Assembly: GCA_026415035.1 (NCBI GenBank)
Contig: JAOAHX010000014.1
Location: 11 to 64,010, forward strand
Reading direction: 5' to 3'
DNA from: Thermodesulfobacteriota bacterium
GTDB taxonomy: Bacteria; Desulfobacterota; BSN033; UBA1163
Length of the DNA: 64,000 nucleotides
Below are positions 1 through 10,652 of the stretch, in pieces. How positions within the stretch are numbered: the stretch's first letter is position 1; each line of letters opens with the position of its first letter. The notes under the pieces were generated by a model. The model saw nothing but the letters and a program-made list of their open reading frames with translations. It had not been told where the DNA came from and ran no database searches. A program made the position numbers and the translations under genes.

Positions 1-173
1 TTTTCTTGCCACCACCCCTTTTTTATGTTAAAAAAATTTCTTTAATTCAAGGTGTTGGCAATCCGTCGCTTTGGGCTCGCTCATCGAGCCCGTCCAAGGA
101 GAGACAGTTCCATCCCTTTTCGGGAGGGGAGTGAGAGGAAGATTCCGACACCTGTGTTGAAGAGGGAGGCCCA

Positions 174-2921
174 ATGAACTACCGAGAGACGCTCAACCTT
201 CCGAAGACAGACTTTCCCATGAAGGCCAATCTTTCGAAGAGGGAGCCCGAGATCCTCAAGATGTGGGAGTCGAGGGAGATTTATCGTAAGATGGTCGATC
301 AGTCCAGGGGGAGGGAGAAATATGTCCTTCACGATGGCCCACCCTACGCCAATGGAAATATCCACATCGGGACGGCCTTGAACAAGATCTTGAAGGATAT
401 CATCGTAAAGTCGAAATTCATGGCCGGATATCACAGCCCTTACGTGCCAGGGTGGGACTGCCACGGCTTGCCGGTGGAGCATGAGGTAGAAAAGGCCCTC
501 GGCAAGAAGAAGGCCGAGCTTTCGACCGTGGAGATCCGGCGGCGGTGTCGGGAATATGCCTCAAAATTCGTGAACATTCAAAGGGAGGAGTTCAAAAGGC
601 TCGGGGTGTTCGGGTCCTGGGAGGATCCCTACCTGACGATGGATTTCAGGTACCAGGCAACGATCGTGAGGGAATTCGGAAAGTTTCTCCTCAACGGATC
701 GGTCTATAAGGGGAAGAAGCCGGTTCACTGGTGTCCCACCTGTAAAACGGCGCTCGCAGAGGCGGAGGTGAAGTACGAAGACCACCGCTCGCCTTCGATC
801 TACGTCAAGTTTCGAATGATCTCTCCGCTCCCCACGCTCGAAGAGGGGAAAGGAAAGGCGGTCTCGGTGGTCATCTGGACCACCACCCCCTGGACCATCC
901 CGGCCAACCTGGCCATCGCCCTTCATCCCGATTTCACCTATGTGGCCGTCGATGTGGGAAAGGAGGTCTACCTCTTGGCCGAGGGGCTTCTCCAATCGGT
1001 CATGGAGAAGTTCGGGATTGACTCCTATCGAGTCCTGGCCAAATTTTCGGGAAGGGAGCTGGAAGGGCTCAAAACCCGACATCCCCTTTATGACAGGGAG
1101 TCGGTGATCGTGCTGGCTCCCTATGTGACCCTTGATGTCGGGACGGGATGTGTCCACACCGCACCTGGCCATGGGCAGGAGGATTACGAGACGGGGATCG
1201 AATACGGGCTCGAGATCTACAGCCCGGTGGATGACGATGGACGGTTCACCGCCGAGGTCCCCTTCTTTGCCGGCCAGTTCGTCTTCGACGCCAACCCGGC
1301 GGTCAACCAGAAACTGGCCGAGGTCGGGGCCCTTCTCAAAGAGGAGGAGATGGTCCACTCCTATCCCCACTGTTGGCGGACGAACGATCCCATCATCTTC
1401 AGGGCCACCGAACAATGGTTCATCTCCATGGACAAGACCGGCTTGAGGCGGCATGCCCTCCAGGCGATCAACGGCGTGAAGTGGATTCCCCACTGGGGCC
1501 GGGATCGGATTTATGGCATGGTCGAAAACCGTCCCGATTGGTGCGTCTCACGACAGAGGGCGTGGGGCATCCCGATCACCGTCTTTTACTGCTCGGCCTG
1601 CAAAGAGCCCCTGGCCAACGAGGAGACGATCGACCACGTCGCGAGACTCTTCGAGGAGAGGGGGGCGGATGTCTGGTTCGAGGAGGAACCCGCCCGTCTC
1701 CTTCCGGAGGGGACCCGATGTCCGAGGTGCGGAGAAAAGGCCTTCGTCAAAGAGACCGACATCCTCGACGTCTGGTTCGATTCAGGGGTCTCCTGGGCCG
1801 CTGTGCTTGAGCCCCGGAAGGATCTTGAATTTCCGGCAAGCCTCTATCTCGAGGGGAGCGACCAGCACCGGGGATGGTTCCACAGCTCCCTTCTCACCGC
1901 GGTGGGGACGAGAAAGAGGGCGCCCTATGCGGCGGTCCTCACTCACGGGTTCGTGGTGGACGGAGAGGGGAAGAAGATGTCGAAATCTGCCGGGAACGTG
2001 ATCGCGCCGGAGGAGGTGATCAACCGCTTGGGCGCAGATGTATTGAGGCTCTGGGTCTCGGCCGAGGATTACAGGGATGACATCAAGATCTCCGAGGAGA
2101 TTCTCAAGCGGCTGGCCGACGCCTATTTTCGCATCCGAAACACCTTCCGGTTCCTCCTGGGAAACCTCTACGATTTCGATCCCGAGAGGGATCGGGTGGC
2201 CTACCGGGAGCTTCACGAGATCGACCGGTGGGCGCTCCACAGGCTTCAGAAGCTGATCTTGAGGGTGAGGGAGGCCTACGAGCGCTTTGAGTTCCACGTC
2301 GTCTATCACAGCGTCCAGAACTTCTGCGCCGTGGAGATGAGCTCCACCTATTTCGACATCTTAAAAGACCGGCTCTATACCTTTCCGAGCCGGTCTGCGG
2401 GGCGGCGGGCTGCCCAAACCGCCCTCTATGAGATCCTGAGCGGGTTGGCGAGGCTGATGGCCCCCATCCTCTCCTTCACCTCTGAGGAGGTCTGGCAGCA
2501 CCTACCTGGGGGGAAGCCCGAAAGCGTTCATCTGACCTCCTTCCCGGAGGTGAGGCAAGAGTATCTCGACGAGGCCTTGAACGAGAGGTGGGATCGGATC
2601 TGGGAGCTCCGCTCGGAGGTCACCAAAGCGCTCGAGGAGGCGAGGAAGGAGAGGAAGATCGGCCTCTCCCTGGATGCCCAGGTTCACCTCTACCTGCCGG
2701 AGAAGGATTACGAATTCTTTAAGTCCCTCGCTCACGACTTGAAGACCGTTTTTATCGTCTCATCGGTCACCCTCCACCGGGAGGAGAAGGAGAGGCGGGT
2801 CGAGGTCCACCGGGCCGAAGGGGAGAAGTGTGAGCGATGTTGGAACTACGATGTCAGCGTGGGGAAGGATCCCCAGTACACCACCGCCTGCGCACGATGT
2901 GTGGAGGCCCTGAAAGGATGA
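174..2921 (+). CDS. ileS: Isoleucyl-tRNA synthetase
   Basis: 915 aa; class I aaRS HIGH-like region (PYANGNIHIGTALNK), KMSKS (KKMSKS), C-terminal CxxC..CxxC zinc knuckle; RBS GAGGGAGG upstream. Confidence 0.97.
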   Translation: MNYRETLNLPKTDFPMKANLSKREPEILKMWESREIYRKMVDQSRGREKYVLHDGPPYANGNIHIGTALNKILKDIIVKSKFMAGYHSPYVPGWDCHGLPVEHEVEKALGKKKAELSTVEIRRRCREYASKFVNIQREEFKRLGVFGSWEDPYLTMDFRYQATIVREFGKFLLNGSVYKGKKPVHWCPTCKTALAEAEVKYEDHRSPSIYVKFRMISPLPTLEEGKGKAVSVVIWTTTPWTIPANLAIALHPDFTYVAVDVGKEVYLLAEGLLQSVMEKFGIDSYRVLAKFSGRELEGLKTRHPLYDRESVIVLAPYVTLDVGTGCVHTAPGHGQEDYETGIEYGLEIYSPVDDDGRFTAEVPFFAGQFVFDANPAVNQKLAEVGALLKEEEMVHSYPHCWRTNDPIIFRATEQWFISMDKTGLRRHALQAINGVKWIPHWGRDRIYGMVENRPDWCVSRQRAWGIPITVFYCSACKEPLANEETIDHVARLFEERGADVWFEEEPARLLPEGTRCPRCGEKAFVKETDILDVWFDSGVSWAAVLEPRKDLEFPASLYLEGSDQHRGWFHSSLLTAVGTRKRAPYAAVLTHGFVVDGEGKKMSKSAGNVIAPEEVINRLGADVLRLWVSAEDYRDDIKISEEILKRLADAYFRIRNTFRFLLGNLYDFDPERDRVAYRELHEIDRWALHRLQKLILRVREAYERFEFHVVYHSVQNFCAVEMSSTYFDILKDRLYTFPSRSAGRRAAQTALYEILSGLARLMAPILSFTSEEVWQHLPGGKPESVHLTSFPEVRQEYLDEALNERWDRIWELRSEVTKALEEARKERKIGLSLDAQVHLYLPEKDYEFFKSLAHDLKTVFIVSSVTLHREEKERRVEVHRAEGEKCERCWNYDVSVGKDPQYTTACARCVEALKG

Positions 2922-3418
2922 CCTTCCCGATGGGTCGCAAATACGGGGTCTTGCTCCTCTGCCTTCTCTTCATCCTCCCGATGGACCAGTATACGAAACA
3001 GGAGGTCCAGCGGAGGATCCCCCTTCATCGGACGATCCCTGTCATCGAAGGGTTTTTTAATCTCACCCATGTGCGGAACCCGGGCGGGGCCTTCGGGATT
3101 TTGGCACAAAGAGGGGAAGGGATCCGTTCGTTTTTCTTCGTGGCCTTCTCCCTCCTGGCGATCGGGATCCTGCTCATCCTGCTCTATCGGACAAAGCCCC
3201 AGGAGCGGATCCTTTCCCTCTCGTTCTCCCTCATCCTGAGCGGGGCTATCGGAAATCTGATCGACCGGGTCCGATACGGAGAGGTCATCGACTTTCTCGA
3301 TTTCTACCTCTCCTCCTTTCACTGGCCTGCATTTAACATCGCCGATGCGGCCATCACCATCGGAATCGGCCTGCTCACGCTCCGGCTGCTGACCCAGGGT
3401 CGAAAGGGAGGGGGCTGA
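2918..3418 (+). CDS. lspA: Lipoprotein signal peptidase (signal peptidase II)
   Basis: ATG overlaps ileS stop (ATGA); 4 TM helices, conserved LspA motifs (FNLTHVRNPGGAFG, NLIDR, FNIADAAI). Confidence 0.9.
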   Translation: MTFPMGRKYGVLLLCLLFILPMDQYTKQEVQRRIPLHRTIPVIEGFFNLTHVRNPGGAFGILAQRGEGIRSFFFVAFSLLAIGILLILLYRTKPQERILSLSFSLILSGAIGNLIDRVRYGEVIDFLDFYLSSFHWPAFNIADAAITIGIGLLTLRLLTQGRKGGG

Positions 3419-3527
3419 GGTCGCATCCCTTCCCGCGATGGGGAGGGCTTCTTCCTCCTCTTTAAGGCTTGCGCTCCCTCGCTCCGCTCGAGGGGCTTTA
3501 CCGAGAGAGGATCCGGGATTTAAAAAG

Positions 3528-4295
3528 GTGCATCCGATCCTGCTTCGCCTCGACGGCCTCACCCTCTATACATACGGCTTCTTTGTCGGCCTCGGATTTC
3601 TTCTTGGTTTGGCCCTCCTCCTCTGGAGGGGCCGAAAGGAAGGGATTCCGGAGGCCAGGCTCGTCGACCTATTCTTCCTCGTCTTCTTCTCCTCGATCGC
3701 GGGCGCAAGGGCCCTTTTCGTCCTTATCCACCCGGAGATCTTTCGGGAGGACCCCCTCGGCGTCTTCAAAGTCTGGGAGGGCGGGTTGGTCTTTTACGGA
3801 GGGCTCCTCCTCGCCAGCCTCCTCTCCTTGGCCTATTTAAAATGGGCCCGGCTGCCGGTATGGAAGGTCGCGGATCTCTTTTCCCCTGCCATCGCCATGG
3901 GGTTGGTCTTCGGCCGGATCGGTTGTCTGATGGCAGGGTGTTGCTACGGAAAGGAGACGTCTTTGGGTTGGGCGATCGTCTTCACGGACCCCCAGGCCTT
4001 GGCCCCCCTTCACCTGCCCCTTCACCCCACCCAGCTGTACGAAGCCCTCGGGGGAATCCTTCTCTTCTTCCTCTTGCACTGGAGAGAAGAGCGGAAGGGT
4101 TACGACGGCCAGATCTTCTTTCTCTTCCTCCTCTCCTATTCGATTCTCCGTTTCTTCCTCGAATTCCTGCGAGGGGATCCGAGGGGGTCTCTTTTGGGAG
4201 GCCTTCTCAGCACCTCGCAGGGGATAGGAATCTTCTTGGCCTCGACCTCCCTCTTTATGTTATTCTATTTGGGGAGAAGGAAGCGGAGGGAATGA
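3528..4295 (+). CDS. lgt: Prolipoprotein diacylglyceryl transferase
   Basis: N-terminus HPILLRLDGLTLYTYGFFVGLGF matches Lgt start; GRIGC motif; multi-TM; GTG start chosen after RBS AAAAAGG, upstream in-frame extension unlikely. Confidence 0.88.
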   Translation: MHPILLRLDGLTLYTYGFFVGLGFLLGLALLLWRGRKEGIPEARLVDLFFLVFFSSIAGARALFVLIHPEIFREDPLGVFKVWEGGLVFYGGLLLASLLSLAYLKWARLPVWKVADLFSPAIAMGLVFGRIGCLMAGCCYGKETSLGWAIVFTDPQALAPLHLPLHPTQLYEALGGILLFFLLHWREERKGYDGQIFFLFLLSYSILRFFLEFLRGDPRGSLLGGLLSTSQGIGIFLASTSLFMLFYLGRRKRRE

Positions 4296-4298
4296 GCC

Positions 4299-4814
4299 TT
4301 GGCTTGTTTGGAAATCTTGAGATACCCCCACCCCCTTTTGAAAAAACCCTGCGAGAAGGTGGTGCGGATCGATGAGGGGGTCAGACGCCTGATTCGGGAT
4401 ATGACCGAGACGATGTACAAGGCCAACGGGATCGGCCTTGCGGCCTGCCAGGTGGGCGATCACCGTAGAGTGATCGTCGTGGACGTGAGCCCCATCGATC
4501 CCGACAAGGAGTGTTTTGCGTTGATCAACCCGGAGATCGTCTCCGAGGAGGGCGAGGTGGAACACGAGGAGGGTTGCCTGAGCGTTCCCGATTGTGTGGA
4601 GAAGGTGAGGAGAAGGGAGAGGATCGTGGTTCGAGGGCTCACTCCCTCAGGGGAGGAGATCGAGATTTCCGCCGACGGGATCCAGGCCATCGCCCTCCAG
4701 CACGAGATCGATCACCTCAACGGCATCCTCATCCTTGACCGGATCAGCCGTCTCAAAAGGGAACTCTATCGAAACCGATTGAAGAAGTCGTTGAAAAAGG
4801 GGGAAGGGGATTGA
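4299..4814 (+). CDS. def: Peptide deformylase
   Basis: GIGLAACQVG, EGCLSVP, QHEIDHLNG motifs; TTG start right after lgt stop. Confidence 0.93.
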   Translation: MACLEILRYPHPLLKKPCEKVVRIDEGVRRLIRDMTETMYKANGIGLAACQVGDHRRVIVVDVSPIDPDKECFALINPEIVSEEGEVEHEEGCLSVPDCVEKVRRRERIVVRGLTPSGEEIEISADGIQAIALQHEIDHLNGILILDRISRLKRELYRNRLKKSLKKGEGD

Positions 4815-5755
4815 GCGCTGCTCGCTGGCGGATCGTCTTTTTCGGAACCCCTGAGTTCGCCCTTCCCTCCCTGGAGAGGCTTACCCAGGGACCGGAGGAG
4901 GTGGTGGCGGTCGTCACCCAGCCGGACCGGGAGAAGGGGAGGGGTAAAAAAAGGACCCCCCCTCCGGTCAAAACTTACGCCCTCCAACACGGGCTTTCCC
5001 TATACCAACCCGAGAAGGTAAAGGAAGCCTCCTTTCTTAACGAGATGAAGGCCCTCGGACCCGATCTCATGGTCGTCGTGGCCTTCGGTCAGATTCTGCC
5101 CAAAGGCCTCCTCGAGATTCCGAGATTCGGGGCGATCAACGTTCATGGGTCTTTGTTGCCCGCCTATAGGGGAGCGGCACCGGTCGCTTGGGCCCTCCTC
5201 AGAGGGGAGGAGAAGACCGGTGTCACCACGATGCTGATGGACGAGGGGATGGATACAGGAGATATCCTCCTTCAGGCAGAGGTGGCGATCGAGCCAGACG
5301 ATACGCGGGAGACCCTCGAAAAGAGACTCGCCTTGAGGGGAAGCGAACTCTTGACGGAAACGATCGAAAAGATGAAAAAGGGCGAGCTGACCCCCGTCCC
5401 CCAGGACCATTCGAAAGCCACCTACGCCCCGCCCCTTAAGAAAGAGGATGGCCGGATCGACTGGAGGAGGTCAGCCAGGGAGATCGAAAACCTGATCCGG
5501 GCGATGCACCCATGGCCCGGGGCCTTCACCCGCTGGGAGAGGGGATTGCTGAAGATCTTGCGGGGGGAGGCCCGCCAAGGGGCCATCTCATCGAACCCGG
5601 GGACGGTCCTGTGGGTGGGTGCTGATTTCATCGAGGTCGGCACAGGGGAAGGCTCTCTCCTGATCAAAGAGGTCCAGCCGGAGGGCGGCAGAAGGATGAG
5701 CGTGAGAGACTTCCTTGCCGGCCACCGCCTCCCCTCGGGGCTGGTCTTTCTCTGA
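4811..5755 (+). CDS. fmt: Methionyl-tRNA formyltransferase
   Basis: RIVFFGTPEFALPSL N-terminus, formyltransferase core and C-terminal domain; start overlaps def stop. Confidence 0.93.
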   Translation: MSAARWRIVFFGTPEFALPSLERLTQGPEEVVAVVTQPDREKGRGKKRTPPPVKTYALQHGLSLYQPEKVKEASFLNEMKALGPDLMVVVAFGQILPKGLLEIPRFGAINVHGSLLPAYRGAAPVAWALLRGEEKTGVTTMLMDEGMDTGDILLQAEVAIEPDDTRETLEKRLALRGSELLTETIEKMKKGELTPVPQDHSKATYAPPLKKEDGRIDWRRSAREIENLIRAMHPWPGAFTRWERGLLKILRGEARQGAISSNPGTVLWVGADFIEVGTGEGSLLIKEVQPEGGRRMSVRDFLAGHRLPSGLVFL

Positions 5756-5771
5756 CGGCTGAGGGAATCTC

Positions 5772-6533
5772 GTGAGCGAGCAACCCAAAAAGAGGATCTT
5801 CATCGGGCTTCTGGTCCTGACCTGCCTCATCCTTTCCTTCCTCCTCTTTCTCCTCTGGTACGTCCCATTGGTGGGGCTGAAGAACCTCCATCCCTCCCTG
5901 CCCTTTCTCTACAGCCTTGTGCTCGCCTTGTTCGTCTTCGGGATGCTCTTCGGAGGTCTTCTCCTCGTCTTCACCATCCTCCGGGGGAAAGATATCCTTT
6001 TCACGCACCGGCTCAGGGGGATCGTGGCGAAGGTCCTCTTCCCCTTCATGATCCTGATGGGGAGGATGGTGGGTGTCTCGAAGGAGAAGGTCCAGCAATC
6101 CTTTATCGAACTGAACAACCATCTGGTCCGGTCGAATCATCACCGGGCAAGGCCGAGCCGGCTTCTCCTCCTCCTCCCCCACTGTATCCAGAACTTCGAC
6201 TGCGAGATCAAGATCACCGCCCAGATCCGGAACTGCCAAGGATGCGGAAGGTGCGAGATCAAGGATCTCATCGAACTGGCCGAACGTTATCAGGTGAAGA
6301 TCGCGGTGGCCACCGGAGGAACGCTGGCCAGGAGGATCATCGTGGAGAACCAACCGGAGGCCATCGTGGCCGTGGCCTGTGAACTCGATCTGACGAGCGG
6401 CATCCAGGATACCTATCCCATTCCGGTCATCGGAATCCTGAACGAAAGACCTTATGGTCCCTGCATCAACACCCGAGCCGATATCGAAAAGGTCAAGGCC
6501 GCGATCTTGGATTTCCTCAGGCCAGACCAGTGA
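5772..6533 (+). CDS. DUF116-like membrane protein with CxxC motifs
   Basis: GTG start; 3 N-terminal TM helices then soluble domain with CQGCGRC; position between fmt and rsmB as in many Firmicutes/thermophiles. Confidence 0.6.
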   Translation: MSEQPKKRIFIGLLVLTCLILSFLLFLLWYVPLVGLKNLHPSLPFLYSLVLALFVFGMLFGGLLLVFTILRGKDILFTHRLRGIVAKVLFPFMILMGRMVGVSKEKVQQSFIELNNHLVRSNHHRARPSRLLLLLPHCIQNFDCEIKITAQIRNCQGCGRCEIKDLIELAERYQVKIAVATGGTLARRIIVENQPEAIVAVACELDLTSGIQDTYPIPVIGILNERPYGPCINTRADIEKVKAAILDFLRPDQ

Positions 6534-6575
6534 GGCCGTTAGCGGTTTCTCCGGGGAGAAGGCCTCTCCCCATGG

Positions 6576-6604
6576 TTGACAAACCCTCGGCTGGTTATTA
6601 TACT
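6576..6604 (+). promoter_or_regulatory. Sigma70-like promoter TTGACA-17-TATACT upstream of htpX
   Basis: TTGACA at 6576-6581, 17-nt spacer, TATACT at 6599-6604; preceded by GGGGAGA/TCTCCCC stem-loop at 6552-6570. Confidence 0.55.
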
Positions 6605-6631
6605 TTTTCGTGAAGGAGGTTCGAAGAAGCG

Positions 6632-7489
6632 ATGAATTATTTTAAGACTTTCATCCTCATGTTGCTCCTTACCGCCCTTTTTATCCTGGTTGGGACGGCG
6701 ATCGGCGGGAAGGACGGAGCGATCATCGCCTTCCTGTTCGCCGCCGGGATGAACTTCTTTGCCTATTGGTTCAGCGACAAGGTCGTCCTCCGAATGTACG
6801 GGGCCCAGCCCGTCACTCCTGCCGAAGCCCCCGAACTTTATCGGATCGTGGCCGAGCTGACCAATAAGGCCTCGATGCCGATGCCAAAGGTCTATATCAT
6901 CGACAACGATACGCCCAACGCCTTTGCCACGGGTCGCAATCCGGAGCACGCCGCGGTGGCGGTGACGACCGGCCTTCTCAGAATCCTGTCGAAAGAGGAG
7001 TTGGCCGGGGTCATCGGCCACGAGCTCTCTCATATCAGGCACAGGGACATTCTCATCAGTACCATCGCCGCCACCCTGGCCGGAGCGATCGGGATGCTCG
7101 CCTCCATGGCCCGCTGGGGTGCGATCTTCGGGTCCGGCCGTTCCGAGGACGAAGAAAGGGGCGGGGCCAATTTCCTCTTCGTCTTTATCGCCACGATGAT
7201 CGCTTCGATCGCTGCCGTCCTCATCCAGATGGCCATCTCGAGATCGCGGGAATATATGGCCGATGCCGGAGGGGCCCACTTGAGCCATCCGCTCTGGCTC
7301 GCCAAGGCCCTCGGCAAGCTGGAGATGGCCGCCCACCGGATCCCGATGGAGGCCAATCCCTCTACCGCTCACATGTTCATCGTCAACCCCCTGAGGGGAG
7401 GGGGCGTGTTGTCGCTCTTCAGCACTCACCCACCGATCGAGGAGCGAATCGCCAGGCTTGAAGAGATGGCGAGAACAGGGCGCTTTTGA
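6632..7489 (+). CDS. htpX: Zinc metalloprotease HtpX (M48)
   Basis: HELSH zinc-binding motif ([11 protein letters not shown]), 4 TM segments, M48 layout. Confidence 0.9.
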   Translation: MNYFKTFILMLLLTALFILVGTAIGGKDGAIIAFLFAAGMNFFAYWFSDKVVLRMYGAQPVTPAEAPELYRIVAELTNKASMPMPKVYIIDNDTPNAFATGRNPEHAAVAVTTGLLRILSKEELAGVIGHELSHIRHRDILISTIAATLAGAIGMLASMARWGAIFGSGRSEDEERGGANFLFVFIATMIASIAAVLIQMAISRSREYMADAGGAHLSHPLWLAKALGKLEMAAHRIPMEANPSTAHMFIVNPLRGGGVLSLFSTHPPIEERIARLEEMARTGRF

Positions 7490-8841
7490 TCCGGAAATCG
7501 CCCAGGGCGATTTGCCTCGAAATCCTAAGCCAGGTAAATAGAAAGGACCGTTCCCTCGACGTCCTCCTGGATCGGGCTTTTAAAAAATACCGTCATCTCA
7601 CCCCGTTGGATCGGGCCTTCCTGACCGAATTGGCCTATGGCATCTTAAGATGGCGAGAGAGGCTCGATTGGCCTGTCCGTCACCTGTCGAAGGTTCCTTT
7701 CGAAAAGATCGAGCCCGAGACGTTAAACCTCCTCCGCCTCGGCCTCTACCAGATCGATTTTCTCACGCGGACCCCTGTTTCGGCCGCGGTTAACGAATCG
7801 GTCGGATTGGGGAGGAGGTATCACGGAGGCCGAACCGCCGGCTTTGTGAACGCCATCCTCCGAAACTATCTCCGAAAAAGGCAGGAGATTCGCTATCCCC
7901 TTCTCGAGGAGGATCCGGCCCTCCACCTTTCCGTGGTTCACTCTCACCCCCGTTGGCTCGTCGAAAGGTGGATCCGTGAGTTGGGCCTCGAGACCGCCCT
8001 CGCCCTTTGCCGGTTTAACAATCGAATCGCTCCCCTCACGCTTCGTGTTAATACTCTCCGGGTGAAGAGGGAGGAGCTGATTGAGCGGCTGAGGGCGAAG
8101 GGGTTGAAGGCCATTCCGAACGAATATTCGTCGGAGGGAATCTCGATCGAGGATCCGCCGCCTGTCTCGGAGCTTCCCTTTCTCCGCGAGGGCCTTTTCG
8201 TCCTTCAGGACGAGGCCTCCCAGCTGGTCACCTCGGTCTTGGACCCGAGGCCCGGGGAGGCCATCCTCGATGGCTGCGCCTCGCCAGGAGGGAAGACCAC
8301 CCACCTGGCCCAGAGGATGGGGAATCGCGGTGTGATCTATGCGGTCGATCTCAGCCAGAAGAAACTCGCCCCGATCGAGGAGAACTGCCGGAGACTGGGC
8401 GTGGCCATCGTGAAGACCCTCAAGGGAGATGTCACCCGGCCGCACCCGCAACTGGAAACGATGACCTTCGATCGGGTCCTCGCCGACGTCCCCTGTACGG
8501 GTTTCGGAACGCTACGGCGAAATCCCGATCTCAAATGGAAGAAGACCGAAAGGGATGTCCATCGTTTGAGCCAGCTCCAGTTCTCCATCCTCTCGTCGCT
8601 CTCCCGCTACGTGAAGCCGGGAGGGATTCTTGTCTACAGCACTTGCACGGTCTTCCGGGAAGAGAACGAAGGGGTGGTCGAGCGGTTCCTCCAGGCCCAT
8701 CCGGAGTTTCGGCTGGAATCGGTCATGCCCTACCTGCCTGAGAAATGCCATCCGTTCGTTCAGGGAGGGGTCTTGAAGACCTTCCCACCCCGAAATGGAA
8801 TGGACGGTTTCTTCGTGGCGAGGTTGGCCCGGTTGGGCTGA
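7486..8841 (+). CDS. rsmB: 16S rRNA (cytosine967-C5)-methyltransferase
   Basis: NusB-like N-domain, [28 protein letters not shown] motif, PCTG catalytic Cys motif; ATGA overlap with htpX. Confidence 0.9.
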   Translation: MIRKSPRAICLEILSQVNRKDRSLDVLLDRAFKKYRHLTPLDRAFLTELAYGILRWRERLDWPVRHLSKVPFEKIEPETLNLLRLGLYQIDFLTRTPVSAAVNESVGLGRRYHGGRTAGFVNAILRNYLRKRQEIRYPLLEEDPALHLSVVHSHPRWLVERWIRELGLETALALCRFNNRIAPLTLRVNTLRVKREELIERLRAKGLKAIPNEYSSEGISIEDPPPVSELPFLREGLFVLQDEASQLVTSVLDPRPGEAILDGCASPGGKTTHLAQRMGNRGVIYAVDLSQKKLAPIEENCRRLGVAIVKTLKGDVTRPHPQLETMTFDRVLADVPCTGFGTLRRNPDLKWKKTERDVHRLSQLQFSILSSLSRYVKPGGILVYSTCTVFREENEGVVERFLQAHPEFRLESVMPYLPEKCHPFVQGGVLKTFPPRNGMDGFFVARLARLG

Positions 8842-8938
8842 AAGGAGGATTGCCTTCGACCCTCGATTCGATTATGATGGCCTTGCCCAAGGATCTTTTC
8901 AAGGGATCGGGTTGGGCCGAGGCCCAAGGGGAGGGGAG

Positions 8939-9601
8939 ATGAAGAAGATCGCGCCATCCATCCTTTCAGCAGATTTTAGCCGTCTCGACCAGGAGGTGCG
9001 TGCGGTCGAACGGGCTGGAGCGGACCTCCTCCATGTCGATGTGATGGACGGACATTTCGTGCCCAACCTGACGATCGGCCCCCTGGTGGTGAGCGGGTTG
9101 AGAAAACTGACCTCTTTGCCCCTCGATGTCCACCTGATGATCGAAAACCCGGAACGATTCGTCGAGGCCTTCGCCCAGGCAGGGGCAGACTATATGACCT
9201 TCCATGTCGAGGCCTGCCGGAACCTGAAAGGGATGGCCAGGAGGATCCGGGCCCTCCGGGTTCGTCCGGGCATCGTCCTCAATCCCCCCACCCCCTTGAG
9301 AAGGTTGTTCACGGTGCTCGATGAGGTCGACCTCGTCCTGCTGATGTCGGTCAATCCCGGGTTCGGTGGCCAGGCCTTCCTCCCCGAGGTCTTAAAAAAG
9401 GTGGCGGAGCTTAGAAAAATCGTCGACCAGAATGGGTATCGGGTTGAGATCGAGGTGGACGGGGGGATCAAGATCGACAACATTGCGGAGGTCTCCAGGG
9501 CAGGCGGAGATATCTTCGTCCTCGGCACGGGAATTTTCAAGACCCCGGATTACCGGGAGACGATCCGCCGGCTGCGAAAAGAGATCGGCCGATCGTCGTA
9601 G
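8939..9601 (+). CDS. rpe: Ribulose-phosphate 3-epimerase
   Basis: MKKIAPSILSADF...HVDVMDGHFVPNLT...VNPGFGGQ motifs; ATG at 8939 after RBS-like GGGGAGGGGAG. Confidence 0.93.
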   Translation: MKKIAPSILSADFSRLDQEVRAVERAGADLLHVDVMDGHFVPNLTIGPLVVSGLRKLTSLPLDVHLMIENPERFVEAFAQAGADYMTFHVEACRNLKGMARRIRALRVRPGIVLNPPTPLRRLFTVLDEVDLVLLMSVNPGFGGQAFLPEVLKKVAELRKIVDQNGYRVEIEVDGGIKIDNIAEVSRAGGDIFVLGTGIFKTPDYRETIRRLRKEIGRSS

Positions 9602-9605
9602 GCCC

Positions 9606-10652
9606 TCAAAGTTTCTTCTTTTGGTACCTCCAGACCGCTCGCTGGTGATCCTCATAGTGTTCGGAGAAATGGTGGGAGCCGTCGTTTCTCGAGACGAAGT
9701 AGAGATAGGGAGAGGAGGCCGGATGGAGGGCGGCCCAGAGGGAATCCCTCCCAGGATTGCAGATCGGGGTAGGCGGCAGGCCCGGGTTCAGATAGGTGTT
9801 GTAGGGGGAAGGCCTTTTGAGATGTTCTTTGGTGAGGTCTCCGTCGAAGTCCTCAAGGCCGTAGATCACCGTCGGGTCGCTCTGAAGCGGGATCTTCCTC
9901 CTCAGGCGGTTGTGGAAGACGGCCGAGATGAGCGGCTTCTCTTCGGAAAGGGGGCTTTCCTTTTCGATGATGGAGGCCAGGATCACGACCTCCCTTGGCG
10001 AGAGGCCCAACTGGCGGGCCTTTTCGAGCCACTCCCTGAGAAAGTACCTCCGGAATTGCTGGGTCATCATCCGGATGACCTCCTCCGGATCCATCTCGCG
10101 GTAAAGGTGATAGGTTTCAGGGAAGAGGAAGCCTTCGAGGGTCCACCCGATCCCTTTCGTTTCTTTGGTGGGTTCAGGGAAGTATTCGGCGAGGCCCATC
10201 GAGGCGATGAAGGCCGGTGAGGTGGCCTTCTCGAGAAAGGCCTTCTGTTCCACGATCCCCAAGGCTCCGAGGAGTTGAGCTATTTGCCGAAGCGTGTATC
10301 CCTCGGGGATGGTGACGAGGTGACGCCTCACCTGGCCCTGGACGAGGGTGTTGAGAACCTCCAGAGGGAGCATGCGGGTGTGGAGCTCATACTCTCCCGC
10401 CTTGATCTCGGCCTTCTTCCCGAGCAGGGTGGCCAGCCCGATGAACATCTCCTTGCTCCGGATGATCCCCTCCTGCTCGAGGACCGAGGCCGTCGCCCTG
10501 AGCGAAGTGCCCCGTTTGATGAGGATGACCTTGTTCTGGGAGCTCTTGGAAGGAGGGATCAGGAGGAGATAGAAGAGCCCGAAGAGGAAGCTCGACACCA
10601 GGCAAAAGAGGCTAACGAGGAGGAATTTACGAGGAAAGAGGCGTCTCATCAC
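9606..10652 (-). CDS. mltG: Endolytic murein transglycosylase MltG/YceG-like
   Basis: N-terminal TM anchor, YceG-like domain (EGYTLRQIA, EGFLFPETY, IIEKE, TYxNPGLPPTPI). Confidence 0.88.
   Translation of the reverse strand: MMRRLFPRKFLLVSLFCLVSSFLFGLFYLLLIPPSKSSQNKVILIKRGTSLRATASVLEQEGIIRSKEMFIGLATLLGKKAEIKAGEYELHTRMLPLEVLNTLVQGQVRRHLVTIPEGYTLRQIAQLLGALGIVEQKAFLEKATSPAFIASMGLAEYFPEPTKETKGIGWTLEGFLFPETYHLYREMDPEEVIRMMTQQFRRYFLREWLEKARQLGLSPREVVILASIIEKESPLSEEKPLISAVFHNRLRRKIPLQSDPTVIYGLEDFDGDLTKEHLKRPSPYNTYLNPGLPPTPICNPGRDSLWAALHPASSPYLYFVSRNDGSHHFSEHYEDHQRAVWRYQKKKL

Noticed and set aside
1-173. Possible T-box riboswitch leader upstream of ileS
   Set aside because: Only 173 nt available; no AGGGUGGNACCGCG T-box sequence or recognisable specifier/antiterminator arrangement, so I cannot support it.
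561-1493. 310-aa minus-strand ORF inside ileS (and the similar 1132..2001 plus-strand alternate-frame ORFs)
   Set aside because: Antisense or alternate-frame reading of a highly conserved gene in GC-rich DNA; R/G/P-rich composition, no RBS, no family resemblance.
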